Positions 12,207 through 26,280 of a stretch of DNA of 64,000 bases are shown piece by piece (the first letter of the stretch is position 1; each line of letters opens with the position of its first letter). The notes beneath the pieces were generated by a model. It had not been told where the DNA came from. It searched no databases and saw only the letters and a program-made list of their open reading frames with translations. The position numbers and the translations under genes are program-made. This DNA comes from Octopus sinensis. Lineage: Eukaryota. The stretch covers positions 1,302,001-1,366,000 of the forward strand of contig NC_043015.1 of assembly GCF_006345805.1 (NCBI RefSeq). The letters run 5' to 3'.

Positions 12207-12888
12207 CACACACGAACACTCACACACACACATATATGGAGAGACAGATTGAGAGATAGAGACATAGACTTCTGTCCTGTATAAACGTATGCAAGAAAGT
12301 ATATGCACTTGTGTGCTTATAGGTGTTGTACGTGCATAAGCACGGACGCATGTATATAGTTGTCTTAGGAATGGTGGTATAGAAGTAAGCTAGATTGATA
12401 CAGATAGCAGAATTATGAATAAATTTGGAGTAGATAGAAACAAGGCCAGAAAGAGATACAAATGCAATAATGAAAAAATACAGCATAGAGGTAATCTAAC
12501 AGACTGCAAAAACAGTGGAAATAGTGTTAAAAAAATAACAATAACACTCCTAATTAAGATGAGGATGTCGATAGTAATATTAGTAATAGTAATGATAATA
12601 ATTATAATAATGTTTATTATTATGATTACTATTATAAACACCGTTGTTAGTAAATAAAGTAATGGCGCCCAGAAAAAAGTGAAAGAACTGTTCTAAAACA
12701 TTCCAGCGATTAAACAGAAAAGAAATAGTGTATACTACGTTTAAACATGTGTGTGTGTGTGTGCGTGTATGTGTGTGTGATGTGTGGCTGATAGATAATA
12801 TATAGATATAGCAATAGTGTATTCACATATGTATAGTATGTACGTATATATATATACATATATATATATATAAAATAATATATATATA

Positions 12889-12923
<35 letters not shown>

Positions 12924-13384
12924 GGTATATACACAAACACACACAGACGTATATATATTATATATATATATATATATAATACATATATATATATTATATA
13001 TGCATGTTGCTGTTTGTAGATGTTGTGCATCTTAGCGTGTTTGTCAACGCGTGTAGATTGAGTGCCTACAAGGAAAGGCAAGTGAAAGCGAGCGAGAAAC
13101 AGAAAGAGAGAGAGAGAGCAACAAGAGAGAGATTGACAGAGAGAGGCAGAGGAGACTTGCAACGCTTTCGAAAGTTGCCTGAAGGTGCTGTGAAAATATA
13201 TCAGGTGCACGCAAGGAATGAATAATGAGTTGGAAAAACGATGAGGAAGAAAGATGTTGCATCAGAAGAGCATCTCAATTAAACAACGTCACTAATAATA
13301 AAAACACGCACAGCGAAACATTTACACACACACACACACACAGACTTGCGCACACTCACATACCTACTTACACATATACAAACA

Positions 13385-13394
13385 TATGTGTGTG

Positions 13395-13428
<34 letters not shown>

Positions 13429-13535
13429 ATGTATATTTGTATATATATAATAGATATATATTTGTATAGCTACATATATGATATATATAAATATATACAT
13501 ATATGCATATATGTGAATATATATGTATATATATA

Positions 13536-13586
<51 letters not shown>

Positions 13587-13704
13587 GATATATGTATATA
13601 TATATATGATATATATAATGTATATATATGCATATATATTATATATATATATATGATATAAATGTATATATATATATTATATATATATATGTGTGTGGTA
13701 TATA

Positions 13705-13735
<31 letters not shown>

Positions 13736-13745
13736 TATGCACACA
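13385..13745. repeat. (TA)n-rich low-complexity array
   Basis: Direct reading. Confidence 0.9.
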
Positions 13746-14654
13746 GGTATATAAATATATACATGTGCATGCGTGCGTATGTGTGAGTCTGTATGCGTGT
13801 GTATGTGTGCGTCTCTGTACATGTGTATATGTGTCACTGTGCATCCGTAAATGGCGTGCAACATCTTCATAATACTTATAACACACAGCCGTTGCTAGTT
13901 GGTCCTTGCAGATCTGCTGCTTGAAGGGAGTCCCCACCTGTGTCCCACCAAGCTGGTCCTCTTTATTTCTTTTTTTTTTTTTGCTGCTCCTTTTCCTCCT
14001 TTCTAGCCCTCAAGTGTTAAAAGCGAAGAAAGGCCCCTACAAGCTAAGCAACACACACGCTGGGTTGACAATGCCCAGGAGCAGAATTCGAGTATCCACC
14101 AGTCCTACGGTTCTTCCTGTCCAGCGCGACAAAGTGCCAACATCTGCAGACGACAAACGACTAGCTTCCTTGCTTTTCTGTCTTCCGTGTTCCCCACCTT
14201 CGTTCTTCCTGTCTTCTCTTTCATTCTCCCTTGTCTTTCTTTCTTTCTTTCTTTTTGTATATTCGGGTGCCATTTATATATTCTTTGCAGTTTTGCATTT
14301 CTTCTTGCGTATTCAAATAAGTGCATATATATGCATGTGAAATTTTGAGTTGTTGTACACATACAAACACATACACTTACAGACCATACACACAAATACA
14401 TAGAGTGCACACATGTATATATATATATATATATTATATATATATATATACGGCTCTGTGTGTACCCGCGTATGTACGCATAGTTGGTTGTCTTTGTGCC
14501 TTTGCGTATGTGTATATATAACTGTGTTGGTGATTATATGTACGCCCGTATGCTCCTTCGTGTGGCAGTGTATATGTTGTATAAGTGTTTTTTTTACTTA
14601 TTTCACCACCAGCATAGCACCTGAAACCATTACATATGTGTGTGTGTTGTGTGT

Positions 14655-14723
14655 GTATATGTATATATATATATATATTTATAAAATATATATTTATATG
14701 TTATATTTATATATATATATAAT

Positions 14724-14806
<83 letters not shown>

Positions 14807-14960
14807 TATATAATATATATATAAATATAATAATATATATATAAATATATATATATATACATATATATATACACACACATATATATATATATATTATATA
14901 TATATATATAATATATATATACATATATAATATATATATAATATATATATATTATATAAT
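14655..14960. repeat. (TA)n array with TAA interruptions
   Basis: Direct reading. Confidence 0.92.
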
Positions 14961-15504
14961 GTGGGTGTTGTGGTGTGTTTATGTGTGCGCGCCCCTAAAT
15001 GCTTATATAATGATGTTTCAGTTGCTGTGGTTGCTAATTCTTAACTCTTCATGATCTGAAGGGCATTGCCCGTAGCCCATGTGTTAACGGGTTATGGAGA
15101 CTCTCATGATATAGATGGGTGAATGAACTCCCTGATGACTATGTGGGTACAAATGGATGGGTCACAGGTCGGAGTGCTGGCAACGTGGCTGGAAGGAAGA
15201 ATTCATGTGGCGATGGTGGAATGAATTCTGCTTACGAGAAAGAGAAGCTCTGCTGGATTCGGACAATATCTAATGGGATGAAATATTCTTGATTTCTCTC
15301 ATTGAACACACACAAACACACATACTAATGCACACATAAGCTTAAATACGTGTATTTACACAGTCAAACACAGACATACACAAGAATATAGACATTTACT
15401 CGCACTCATTTCTTTCTTGTAGACACACGTCTTGGTATTTGATACGACGTTCAGTGAATCTTTTTTTTACAAATCGCTGAAGTATTATATATATATAATA
15501 AGGA

Positions 15505-15706
15505 AGGTAAAAGCTCATCGATTCTGTACCAACACGCCGAACAAGAACACGGGGGATCAATCAATAACATAGAGATTAAGATATTGTCCACACATAGAAC
15601 AGATGCAACAATTAGACAAATTACAGAAGCTACACATATAATAGAAAATAAACCTAGCCTGAATAGAAAACTAGAATGGAGCAATAGCGCACACCACAAC
15701 ATATGA
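15505..15706 (+). mobile_element. Penelope-like element, C-terminal part of GIY-YIG endonuclease
   Basis: Uninterrupted frame with no ATG, so absent from the ORF track: EGKSSSILYQHAEQEHGGSINNIEIKILSTHRTDATIRQITEATHIIENKPSLNRKLEWSNSAHHNI*. It fits S.L..H....H.G....I.....D...RQI.EA..I....P.LNRK.EW. Confidence 0.75.
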
Positions 15707-16543
15707 CAATAGTGGATCCTGCAAACATAATAAATACACAGGTAATTAAAGAAATAGAAATGAATATCTATATATATGTATATGTGTATATATGTAATGT
15801 ATATGTGTATATATGGTGTGTATATGTATATATATATATATGTATATGTATGTGTATGTATATATATATATGTATATGTATATTCCTTTTTCTTTTTTTT
15901 TTTTTCGATTAGATTTATTATTATTATTACTAATATGTTTTATACACACATACAAGCATATGTAATGATAATAATGGGTGGATGGAAAACACATGAACAA
16001 AATTAGAACAAAAGCAACAACAACAAAAACAAAATACAAATTACAAGAATGTATATAACCAGAAGATACAAATATTACAGGCATCCCCCCCACACACACA
16101 CTAAATAAACATAGACGCACATAGAGATATAAACATGCGCAAATGAAGACATACAATAGAAATATAAAATGGCTGACGGTTAGTAAGGAGAGACACAAGT
16201 AAGTGAGAAGAAAACAAAGGACCACTGATGCGGTCACAGGAGTGTGACGAAAGAACTTTGGCCGAAATAAGATTAAGATTAATGTAAAAAATAATATCAC
16301 TGAAGCAAAATAACACCAATATATAGTGCGTGTGTTTTATTGGCTAAACTGGCAATATGACCATTCCGAAATATAACAATATCTGTTTCAACACACGACT
16401 TCACATAAAAAATCTTGCACAACAAATATTTAACGTATATATATATATATATATATATAGTAGAAAACAATATATATATAATATATATATATATATAGTA
16501 GAAAACAATATATATATATATATATATCTATATATATATATAT

Positions 16544-16639
16544 TAGAAGACACTTGCCCAAGATGCCATGCAGTGGGACTGAACCCAGAACCATGTGGTT
16601 GGTAAGCAAGCTACTTACCACACAGCCACTCATACTCCT
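16544..16639 (-). mobile_element. SINE family B head fragment
   Basis: AGAAGACACTTGCCCAAGATGCCATGCAGTGGGACTGAACCCAGAACCATGTGGTTGGTAAGCAAGCTACTTACCACACAGCCACT is the reverse complement of the family B head. Confidence 0.9.
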
Positions 16640-18728
16640 ATAAAGGGAAAGACAAAAACAAATCATTCATGAGATATAGATTATAGCGGATGTTTCTTTT
16701 TGTTTCTTCATCTAAATAGATTGGTTATTCAGCATCTCCAACAGTTAAATAAACTGAGGTAAAACATGATACATAAATGAGCATTGGCGGAAAACGAGAG
16801 AAACCACTAAGAAACAAATGAAAAATTGAAACAAAAATAAAAAAGAACCCGACAATTTTTTAATGAAATGAAGTTATACAAACCTCAGACGCTTTCTTCG
16901 TAAAACCTCTGAGTCGCCTCTGATAAATTTGTTGTAAATAATTTTCTATCAAAGATTTCTTTTGATAAATCATGGATCCATTTACTTCTTTATTTTTGTA
17001 TTATTTATTGTATTATTTAGCATAATTTCTTAGTTATTAAATTTCATGTATACTCCTCAGTATAAATATTTGTTCAATGTTGTGTCGGAAAGTATTTCAC
17101 ATTGTTCACCTGATAATATTTATTGAATTTCATCTCTTCCTACTTAAAGAAAAATTGGGAAACGCACGTACTCCGTTGTTTTAGATCAGGTGAAACCATT
17201 TCATGCAATTATTATGCTTTCTTCTTTTCAAAGAACAGTGTGTTGTCACAAGGAAAATCTCTTGACATCTTATCAGTTTGAGACAGTATCGTCTCAGATG
17301 ATGCGACTAGAGAATCAAACAATAATTTCTATCTCTAACGATCAGTACTCAATTCACATATTCAGTAACTATCATTACTCATTCCAATGTTATCCTTGGA
17401 CGATAAGATGTACTTCCAAAAATATTGGATTACATGGTTTAGATGCTCATGTAACCATTGATGGTTCGTTTAAAAGGAAAATCTAAAGAATTTATGTGAA
17501 TATGTAATTTCTTGATAAAGTTACGAAATCATGCTATTAGAAGTGTGCCTGAAATTGGTGTAAAACCGAAGTTGTTTTGTCAACACATCTGCAATGATCG
17601 ACTACAGGAGACGCATCGTTCAAACGGTACCTCGATATATTCCAGCGTTTTTGCTTATCCAATTACACATACGAAGGTTAAGTTGAAGTGATGTTGACAT
17701 TATAAACGATAAATGCAAGAGATTACATGCCGTCGGATCATTTCTTCTTCCTTGAAGCTAATTTCGTAAATGCTCGGCCAAAGATGAATCCATGCTTTCG
17801 GCAACACGCCAGTTTAAAGTTACACTAGGGTTCCACTTTGCATATCCTCAAGAATTTAATCACTGTACGCATAGCATTGTGATTAAGAATTTTGCTGCAA
17901 AATCACCTTTGAGTGGGTTCTGACAGCGCAGTATCTTGGTAAAATGACTTTTAGCACAACTACGGAGTTTTGAAGGAGTAAATGGGTACTTCTAACTTTG
18001 TGGATCTAGGACTGTGGCCTAAGATTTTAACATACTACATTCTATTACAACCTTGCTAAATAAAGTTTTCATTCTATACGAAGGACTGAATCGAGGCTTT
18101 TCCTCCAGCGTCCAGAATTCTTGGGCAAAACAGCCTTTCTCACAGGAAATAAAATAGGCAATTTGTTATATTACTTCAAATTAAGTTACTTCTCACACCT
18201 GATAATTATGATAATTGATTTAGTCACTATGATTTTAATCATGTGCAAACAGGTAAACAGATAGTGAGAGAAATATCAGGGCTACCATGATAAACTAGAC
18301 AATTCTAGGTAAATCTCTCATTTGTGAATCCTTCAAAGAAACATTATCTGAAATGGCAAATTTAAAGCCAGAAGATAATGGACGACATTGTATTCTCAAA
18401 ATTATTGCAGCATATTCATATTGATATGTAAATAGGATTAAATATGTTGAATTTCAGTAATAAGATTATTTACTTAACATATTACGCTATTTCCAACTTT
18501 TATACGACGCAAATTTGTTAGAATTTATTAGAAAAAAGTCACTGTTTTTCGTTGCTATGTCATCGGTATTGACCAAATTACAAGCGTATAAAAGTTCTCA
18601 GACAAATAGTTACCAAGAAGCATGCGCTTGCAAAAACACACAAACACATTCAAACACACACACACACCATTAAATCACTATATGCATATATACATACATG
18701 TATGTTTACTTATACATATATGTGCATG

Positions 18729-18762
<34 letters not shown>

Positions 18763-18804
18763 GTGTGTGTGTGTGTGCATGTCTGTGCATGTGTGTATAT
18801 ATAA

Positions 18805-18836
<32 letters not shown>

Positions 18837-18873
18837 GATAGATAGATAGATAGATATGATAGATAGATACACG

Positions 18874-18907
<34 letters not shown>

Positions 18908-19916
18908 CATATTATTATATATATATATATATATATTCGAATTGAGGGAATGGAGTAGGTAAAATCCAGCCTAGAAAACCAAAACCTCGGAATTAATAAG
19001 TTTCTCAACGAGAGAGACTCTATTCTTTACTCACCATGCCGAAGATGCCTTAGTGAAACGATGGTTACATTGTCAGCAAGGGATCCTGAGATAACTCGCA
19101 GGATATCAGAGTCGAAGGATATTATTCAAAGTACACACTACGAAGTTACGTTTAACAGCTTATACGCTTCGTTTATTATCGGATCGAGACGGAAACTCAA
19201 AAAATACTTAAATTTACCTAAACTAATTTGTCCACTATCAGAAGGTTGTTCAATTTAATTATTCTTATATATTAAAGTACTGTAGTACTTGAGTTTTAGT
19301 TCTTTCTAGAACACATATCATAAATGATTATTATGATTCAATTATTATAGTGATTATGATAATTAATATTCTTTGCGCTTATTTGAACAAGTATTTTTAT
19401 ATTCTTTATTACTATAAAATAAAAATGAATTAAATTATTTAATTGGATGTCATTAAAAAAATTACCAACATATCGACTGGTGTACATAATTTTTTCAGCC
19501 ACTGTGTAAACCGTACAAGATATTAGTTTAAAATATTGACATGGCAATAAGTAAATGGTTTTCCCAAATGTAATTACACAGTTATTATTGTCAAAACTCT
19601 TTAGTTATTATAGAATATACAATATATAATTATAATACGTTGTTAATTAATGTTAGATATTCTGTTCAACAATTATCGAGTCTGCAATGAAGAGGCCAGA
19701 TTTTAACTAAAACTCGTCAGTAGATATCTTTAATGCTATTGGCTATTTAATGGAGATATTTAATAGCTCTTGGTAATTGTTCGATATACATACTGTAAAT
19801 ACAATTAGTAATAAATTGAATACTGCATCTTATGTGATTTTAGAATATGTTCTTTGTATTACACTGGAGGCTAAAGACCGCAACCGTCGGATATCATTTT
19901 TAAGAACTAAAATTAT

Positions 19917-19960
<44 letters not shown>

Positions 19961-20153
19961 TAGACATATATGTACATATATATACATACATATATATATA
20001 TATACATATATATACACATATTTATATACGTACATACATATATATATACATATATATATACATACATATATATATATACATACATACATATACATACATA
20101 TACATATATGTATATTACATAGTTTATATACATACATATATATATATATATAT

Positions 20154-20195
<42 letters not shown>

Positions 20196-20875
20196 TTTGT
20201 ATATATGTATATATATATTTATATTATTAAACGGATTACTATATGTGACAAAGCCCTGTATAATTAATATCTAAGTAGTATTAAATTTCAGATTTGTAAA
20301 GCAATTTTAATAAATAAATTTGTTCTTCCTTCTGAGGCTGTACCATTTTCGTTGATCAGTATATATTACTATACTGTAGGTATATCAGTATACATTGCAG
20401 ATTTTGAGAAAATTAATACAATTTCTATTTTCACATACAAGGATTTCATTTGGGTATATTTTGATATACCTTAAGTTGCATCCATATCTATTACAACTGT
20501 AAAACAATTTCCAAAGCTCATTCTCTGAACATGATAATATATACCGTCACCTGATATTCGAGTTTCACGATCTGTGTTCAACAAAAATCCTTCCATGTTA
20601 ACTTTTGTTAATAGATTTTTACTGACTTTAATTTATTATAAATTATATTTATTATTAGTGTAGTTTTATTTAAATAGACGAACAGCAATCAAATTGTTAT
20701 GATACTTGAGACAAGTTTTTTAGTCAATGAAAGAACCTGCATTTAACACTCAATTATAAAAAAAACTCCATAAGATTATATGCATTGGTTTATTATTGGA
20801 TAGTACTTTCCTTGTATATTTAAACGAAACCATAACATTCAAGTGTATACGCACACAGATATATTCCTGTATACA

Positions 20876-20908
<33 letters not shown>

Positions 20909-21249
20909 TTCTGTATATATATATATAAAATATATATATATATATATATATGGGCATGAAACGCACGTAGTGGTTTTACTTTTTATCTTATATTAAACAT
21001 TTTAATACTTTTTGATAGTTATATATATTTAATAAAAAATAAATAAATAAATGAATACATAAAAAATAAAAAAATTAAAATTTATAAATATAAATTAATA
21101 ATTTTAATTTTAAATTTAAATAATTAAATTTTTAAAATTTTATATTTTATATATTTTGTATATTATATTAACTATTTTTATTTTATGTTTTGGTCTATGT
21201 TTTTCATCGTTTGATTTGCGTAATAGTGGTTTTTATCTCTAATTTAATT

Positions 21250-21284
<35 letters not shown>

Positions 21285-21527
21285 TGTTGCGCTTATGCAA
21301 ATGTGTCGTAAGTCTAAAACGTTACCTTTACAGAAAACGAAACAATAGTTTTATCATTCCATAGCAAAATCGTTGTACTACCCTTTGACAATATTTGATA
21401 TCTTGGCATCTGAAATAGCTGGAAATACGATAGTTTGACCAAAACAACCGGCTATTACAAGCATCAATATTGAAAAAAAATCCCATTTGGCCGAATTGTG
21501 ACATGACATATTAACATAAAAGCAGCG

Positions 21528-21567
<40 letters not shown>

Positions 21568-21591
21568 TATATGTGTGTGTGGTGTGGTGTG

Positions 21592-21670
<79 letters not shown>

Positions 21671-21889
21671 CAGACATACACACACACTTATATATGGTAC
21701 CGAGGAAAAGTCTTCCGTAAGTTTAAACTATTGTAAATTCCTCCTATTTGTCAACTGAGAAGTGAATTTTTCGACTTGCATTTTTCACAGATGAAACATT
21801 GACCCTGTTGAAGTCATTTCCATACCTAATCATTGTTTTGTTGTGGGATTTCTGTATCAGAAGGGAAGATGGGAGACGAGCACCGAAAT

Positions 21890-22480
21890 TACCCTGTCAA
21901 ATGTTTTCGGTTACCTCACATATACCAATCAAGATACAGTTTTTTAAAGCAGAAAAATGACTATAATGAAAATTTATTATATCATGTTCATTCCAAGAAG
22001 TTCCTATAAATTGTTAATATTTCATGTTGGTTCCCTTAGTTTGAATAATTGATTCAATGCACCGGAGAAGAGATGCGTACAAATCCCTTACAATCTTCAC
22101 AGATATGAAATGCCATCCTCTGTGGATGAGCGCCCATAGCTCTTCATGATTGCGTGATTTCTTCTGACGAACTCTTCTCTTTAGATCTGTCCACATTTGT
22201 TCGTTGATATTTAAGTCACGGCTCTGAGCTGGTCAAACTTTCAATACGGTAACACCTTCATCAGCCAGACTCTGTTGAGTTGCATGCGATATGGGATATG
22301 GAGTCACGCTGAAAAGTCTCACCTTCATCCAAGCCTAGTATCAAATTGTCCTTCAGCAACAGGGTGTATTTGGCACTATACAAGTTACCGTCAATTTCCA
22401 CCGAATTTCTTGAACCACCACATTTTATGTATCCCAAAACAATTACAGTTTTAACTGCGAACTCCACTGTTATCGTCGTA
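21890..22480 (-). mobile_element. Tc1-family transposon, decayed catalytic/C-terminal half
   Basis: TVEFAVKTVIVLGYIKCGGSRNSVEIDGNLYSAKYTLLLKDNLILGLDEGETFQRD..H / GVTVLK..PAQSRDLNINEQMWTDLKRRVRQKKSRNHEELWALIHRGW..I....RDLYASLLRCIESIIQTKGTNMKY* has the WPAQSPDLN-like and terminal KG..TKY motifs. The left boundary is uncertain. Confidence 0.88.
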
Positions 22481-22560
22481 TACACACATATATATGCACG
22501 TATGCACAGTATTCGTATGTATTGCATATATATATATATATATATATGTACATATACATA

Positions 22561-22775
22561 TATACTCTTTTACTCATTTACTTGTTTCAGTCATTTGACT
22601 GCAGCCATGCTGGAGCACTGCCTTTAGTCGCGCAAATCGACCCCAGGACTTATTCTTTGTAAGTCTAGTACTTATTCTATCGGGCTCTTCTGCCGAACTG
22701 CTAGATTTCGGAGACGTAAACACTCCAACATCGGTTGTCAAGTGATGCTGCGGGGAGAAACATAGACACACAAAC
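22561..22775 (-). mobile_element. SINE family B 3' module of an interrupted copy
   Basis: CTTGTTTCAGTCATTTGACTGCAGCCATGCTGGAGCACTGCCTTTAGTCG...CATCGGTTGTCAAG is the reverse complement of the family B tail. Confidence 0.9.
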
Positions 22776-22809
22776 ATACAAACACATACACACACACACA
22801 CACACCACA

Positions 22810-22849
<40 letters not shown>

Positions 22850-22869
22850 CACACACACACACACATATA

Positions 22870-22903
<34 letters not shown>

Positions 22904-22907
<4 letters not shown>

Positions 22908-23200
22908 TTGGGCAAGTGTCTTCTGCTATAGCCCCGAGCCGACCAATGCCTTGTGAGTGGATTTGGTAGACGGAACTGAAAGAAGCCTGTCGTATATATG
23001 ATATATATTATATCATATAGTGTGTGTAAGTGGTTGTTGTTGTGTTTTGTCCCCCAGCATTGCTTGACAAAAGATGCTGGTGTGTTTACGTTCCCGTCAA
23101 AGAATAAGCCCCGGGGTCGATTTGCTCGACCAAAAGGCGGTGCTCCAGCAAGGCCGCAGTCAAATGACTGAAACAAGTAAAAGAGAAAGAGAGAAAAGAG
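22904..23200 (+). mobile_element. SINE family B, 5'-truncated and internally deleted, nested in the preceding copy
   Basis: CTTGGGCAAGTGTCTTCTGCTATAGCCCCGAGCCGACC...GGCGGTGCTCCAGCAAGGCCGCAGTCAAATGACTGAAACAAGTAAAAGA. Confidence 0.9.
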
Positions 23201-23210
23201 ATATATATAT

Positions 23211-23324
23211 ACGACGGGCTTCTTTGAGTTTCCGTCTAACAAATCCACTCACAAGGATTTGGTCGGGCCGAGGCTATAGCAGAAGACACTTGCGTAAGGT
23301 GTCACACACAGGGACTGAACCCGG
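23211..23324 (-). mobile_element. SINE family B head (other half of the interrupted copy)
   Basis: ACGACGGGCTTCTTTGAGTTTCCGTCTAACAAATCCACTCACAAGG...AGAAGACACTTGC...GGGACTGAACCCGG. Confidence 0.88.
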
Positions 23325-23516
23325 TGGCATCTTTTAGATACTTTTGTTTATAATTTTAATAATAATTATTACCTATAAGGTTTATATTCACATGCCGGTC
23401 ACTTAATACGATGAGTATTTTGAATAACAATAGTACATGTGTGTGTTTACATATATTTGTATATATATACAGATATATGCATATATGTATACATATATAT
23501 ACATATATATATATAT

Positions 23517-23941
23517 TCTCTTTTCTCTCTTTCTCTCTTTCTCTTGTTTCAGTCATTTGAATGCGGCCATGCTGGAGCACCGCCTTTAGTCGAGCAAATC
23601 GGCCCCGGGACTTATTCTTTGTAAGCCCAGTACTTATTCTATCGGTCTCTTTTGCCGAACCGCTAAGTGAAGGGGACATAAACACACCAGCATCGGTTGT
23701 CAAGCAATGCTAGGGAGACAAACACAGACACACAGCACACACACACATATACACATATATATAAATATACATATATATGATGGGCTTCTTTCAGTTTCCG
23801 TCTGCCAAATCCACTCACAAGGCTTTGGTCGGCCCGAGGTTATAGTAGAAGACACTTGCCCAAGGTGCCACGCAGTAGGACTGAACCCGGAACTATGTGG
23901 TTGGTAAACAAGGTACTTATCACACGGCCACTCCTACGCCT
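23517..23941 (-). mobile_element. SINE family B, full length
   Basis: Head, internal (CA)/(TA) microsatellite and tail all match the reverse complement of 53326-53736. Confidence 0.93.
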
Positions 23942-23959
23942 ATATATATAAAGAGAGAG

Positions 23960-24015
<56 letters not shown>

Positions 24016-24230
24016 TTAGGTTTAGTAGGAGCGATGCCGACTTATTGGATCATGAAGTACTTTTTTTTTCTCTCATTTCGCATCGCCTCCTTCTCAAGAA
24101 TGTTATTTTCACTCAATTTTGTAACGAAATGCCTGCCGGGCACGTTTTTAGCCGTGAAGGGTGAATGAAAGAAAACACAATCGACAACAGCAGCAACATC
24201 AACACAATAATAATGATGCTGCTGCTGCTG

Positions 24231-24231
<1 letters not shown>

Positions 24232-24296
<65 letters not shown>

Positions 24297-24325
24297 TAAT
24301 AATAATAATAATAATAATAATAATG
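24232..24325. repeat. (AAT)n microsatellite
   Basis: Direct reading. Confidence 0.95.
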
Positions 24326-24474
24326 GGGCAATAATGAGAGAAAGGACGAAATCAACACAACATTCAATGATAAAGTATTGTTTGGTATTCTATGGCTGAA
24401 AAAGAAGATAATAAACGGCAGAGTTGTTTGAGTTGCGAAAAAGAGAGAAAGAAGAAGATCACGGGAGAGAGAGA

Positions 24475-24505
<31 letters not shown>

Positions 24506-24646
24506 GAGAGTGAGATATAGGAGAAGCAGTATAGTGAGTTGTAAGAATAAGATAGAATAAACGGGATTAGTTGTGAGTTCCGATGAGTCGGGAATACACA
24601 CGCATGCATATACATACATGCTCACACACATATATACATGTATGTA

Positions 24647-24690
<44 letters not shown>

Positions 24691-24762
24691 GATATATGAT
24701 GTATGTACATATATATATATAATTATATACATATATATATTTACAAGGACACAAAATGAAAA

Positions 24763-24808
<46 letters not shown>

Positions 24809-25114
24809 GTAGGTATATATATATATGTATATATATATACACACATACACATACATACCTGCATATTTATATATATGTGTATGTATATATACACAAAAAC
24901 ACGCACACACACACACACACTCAAGAACAGTTTATCTCTCTCTATTTTTCTCTCTTTATATATATGCATTTAGAGAGAGAGAGTGTGAGAGAGAGGGAGG
25001 CAAAAATGCAAACAGACAGACAGAGAGACAGACAGAGCAGCCACATTGACTATTTGCAGGAAGATCAAGTTAGAGAGAGAGAGAGAGAGATAAAGATGAG
25101 CAGAGAGCAAAAGT

Positions 25115-25155
<41 letters not shown>

Positions 25156-25727
25156 GGATTGGAATGGAGAGAAAAAGAAACTGAGCCACCAAAGAGAGTA
25201 TAAGGAAGAGGTTGTTGATAAGAGTTGAAGTGTGTCATATTGAGAAGTGTAATCCAGTAATTAATATGGCGACCAATTTTATGAAAACAATATGCATGTT
25301 GTCATGAAAATAGGTGACAAATGTTGCCTGAAATTGACATTTTGGCACGGAATTCTACGGTTCACTTGGTATCAGGGTAATTTAAACGAGATCACAGCCA
25401 CGGTGCAACTTAACCGAATACTGCTCCATTAAGTATATTTTGTTACGTTTGGTCGAACATTGGTGGAAATAAATTTCGGTTCGTGTGAGGCAAACTGCTG
25501 ATTCGAGTTTCCGATTCTTGCTTCAGTCAAGTTCATATCTTGCTTCTTTTAAAACATAGTTGCTGCTGATTCCATTATTGCCGTTTTTGTTGCTGTGTTT
25601 TGTTGTTGTGTTTTTTGTTTTTGCTTTTGTATTCGTCGTCGCTTTTTCTAGGTGCTTTTGTTTTTAAGGCGAATGGTGTTGATGGTGTAGTGTTTATTAC
25701 TGCTGCCCGTAGTGCTAAAATATTTCG

Positions 25728-25728
25728 T

Positions 25729-25776
<48 letters not shown>

Positions 25777-25902
25777 ATAGTAGTAGTAGCAGCAGCAGTA
25801 GTAGCAGCAGTAATAGTAGTAGTAGTAGCAGCAGCAGTAATAGTAGCAGTAGTAGTAGTAGTAGTAGCAGTAGTAGCCGCAGTGGTAGTAGTAGTAGCAG
25901 TA
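25728..25902. repeat. (TAG)n/(CAG)n trinucleotide array
   Basis: Direct reading. Confidence 0.95.
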
Positions 25903-26065
25903 GGAGGTGAAGAAGATTGCTTCCCAACTACGTGGTTCCAGGTTAAGTTCCACTGCTTGGCTCCTAGGGCGAGTGTCTTCTACTATAACTTTGGGCCGAC
26001 CAAAGCCTTTTGAATGGATTTGGTAAACAGAAACTGAAAGAGTCCCATCGTATATATATATGTGC

Positions 26066-26104
<39 letters not shown>

Positions 26105-26280
26105 TTTGCTACCCCATCACCACTTGACAACTGGTGTTGGTGTGTTTACGTCCTCGTAAGTTAATGCTTTGGCAAAAGAGACCGATAGAATAAGTAGCAG
26201 GCTTAAAAAATACGTAGAAAAATTCAAGTCGCTGCTCCAGCATGGTCTCAGTCTTAAAGAACTGAAACAAGTAAAGAATA
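25903..26280 (+). mobile_element. SINE family B, diverged near-full-length copy
   Basis: Head ...GGGCGAGTGTCTTCTACTATAACTTTGGGCCGACCAAAGCC..., a (TG)n spacer, and tail ...GCTCCAGCATGG...ACTGAAACAAGTAAAGA. Confidence 0.85.

Noticed and set aside
15112-15291. Open frame RWVNELPDDYVGTNGWVTG... in a GC-richer patch
   Set aside because: There is no recognisable family and no convincing acceptor/donor pair; it may be a decayed repeat.
17279-17296. TGAGAC-agtatc-GTCTCA mini-hairpin whose start resembles a lophotrochozoan miRNA 5' end
   Set aside because: It has only a 6-bp stem and the similarity stops after about 9 nt; no precursor-length fold.
19061-19258. 65-aa ORF MVTLSARDPEITRR...
   Set aside because: No homology that I can recognise and no splice or promoter support.
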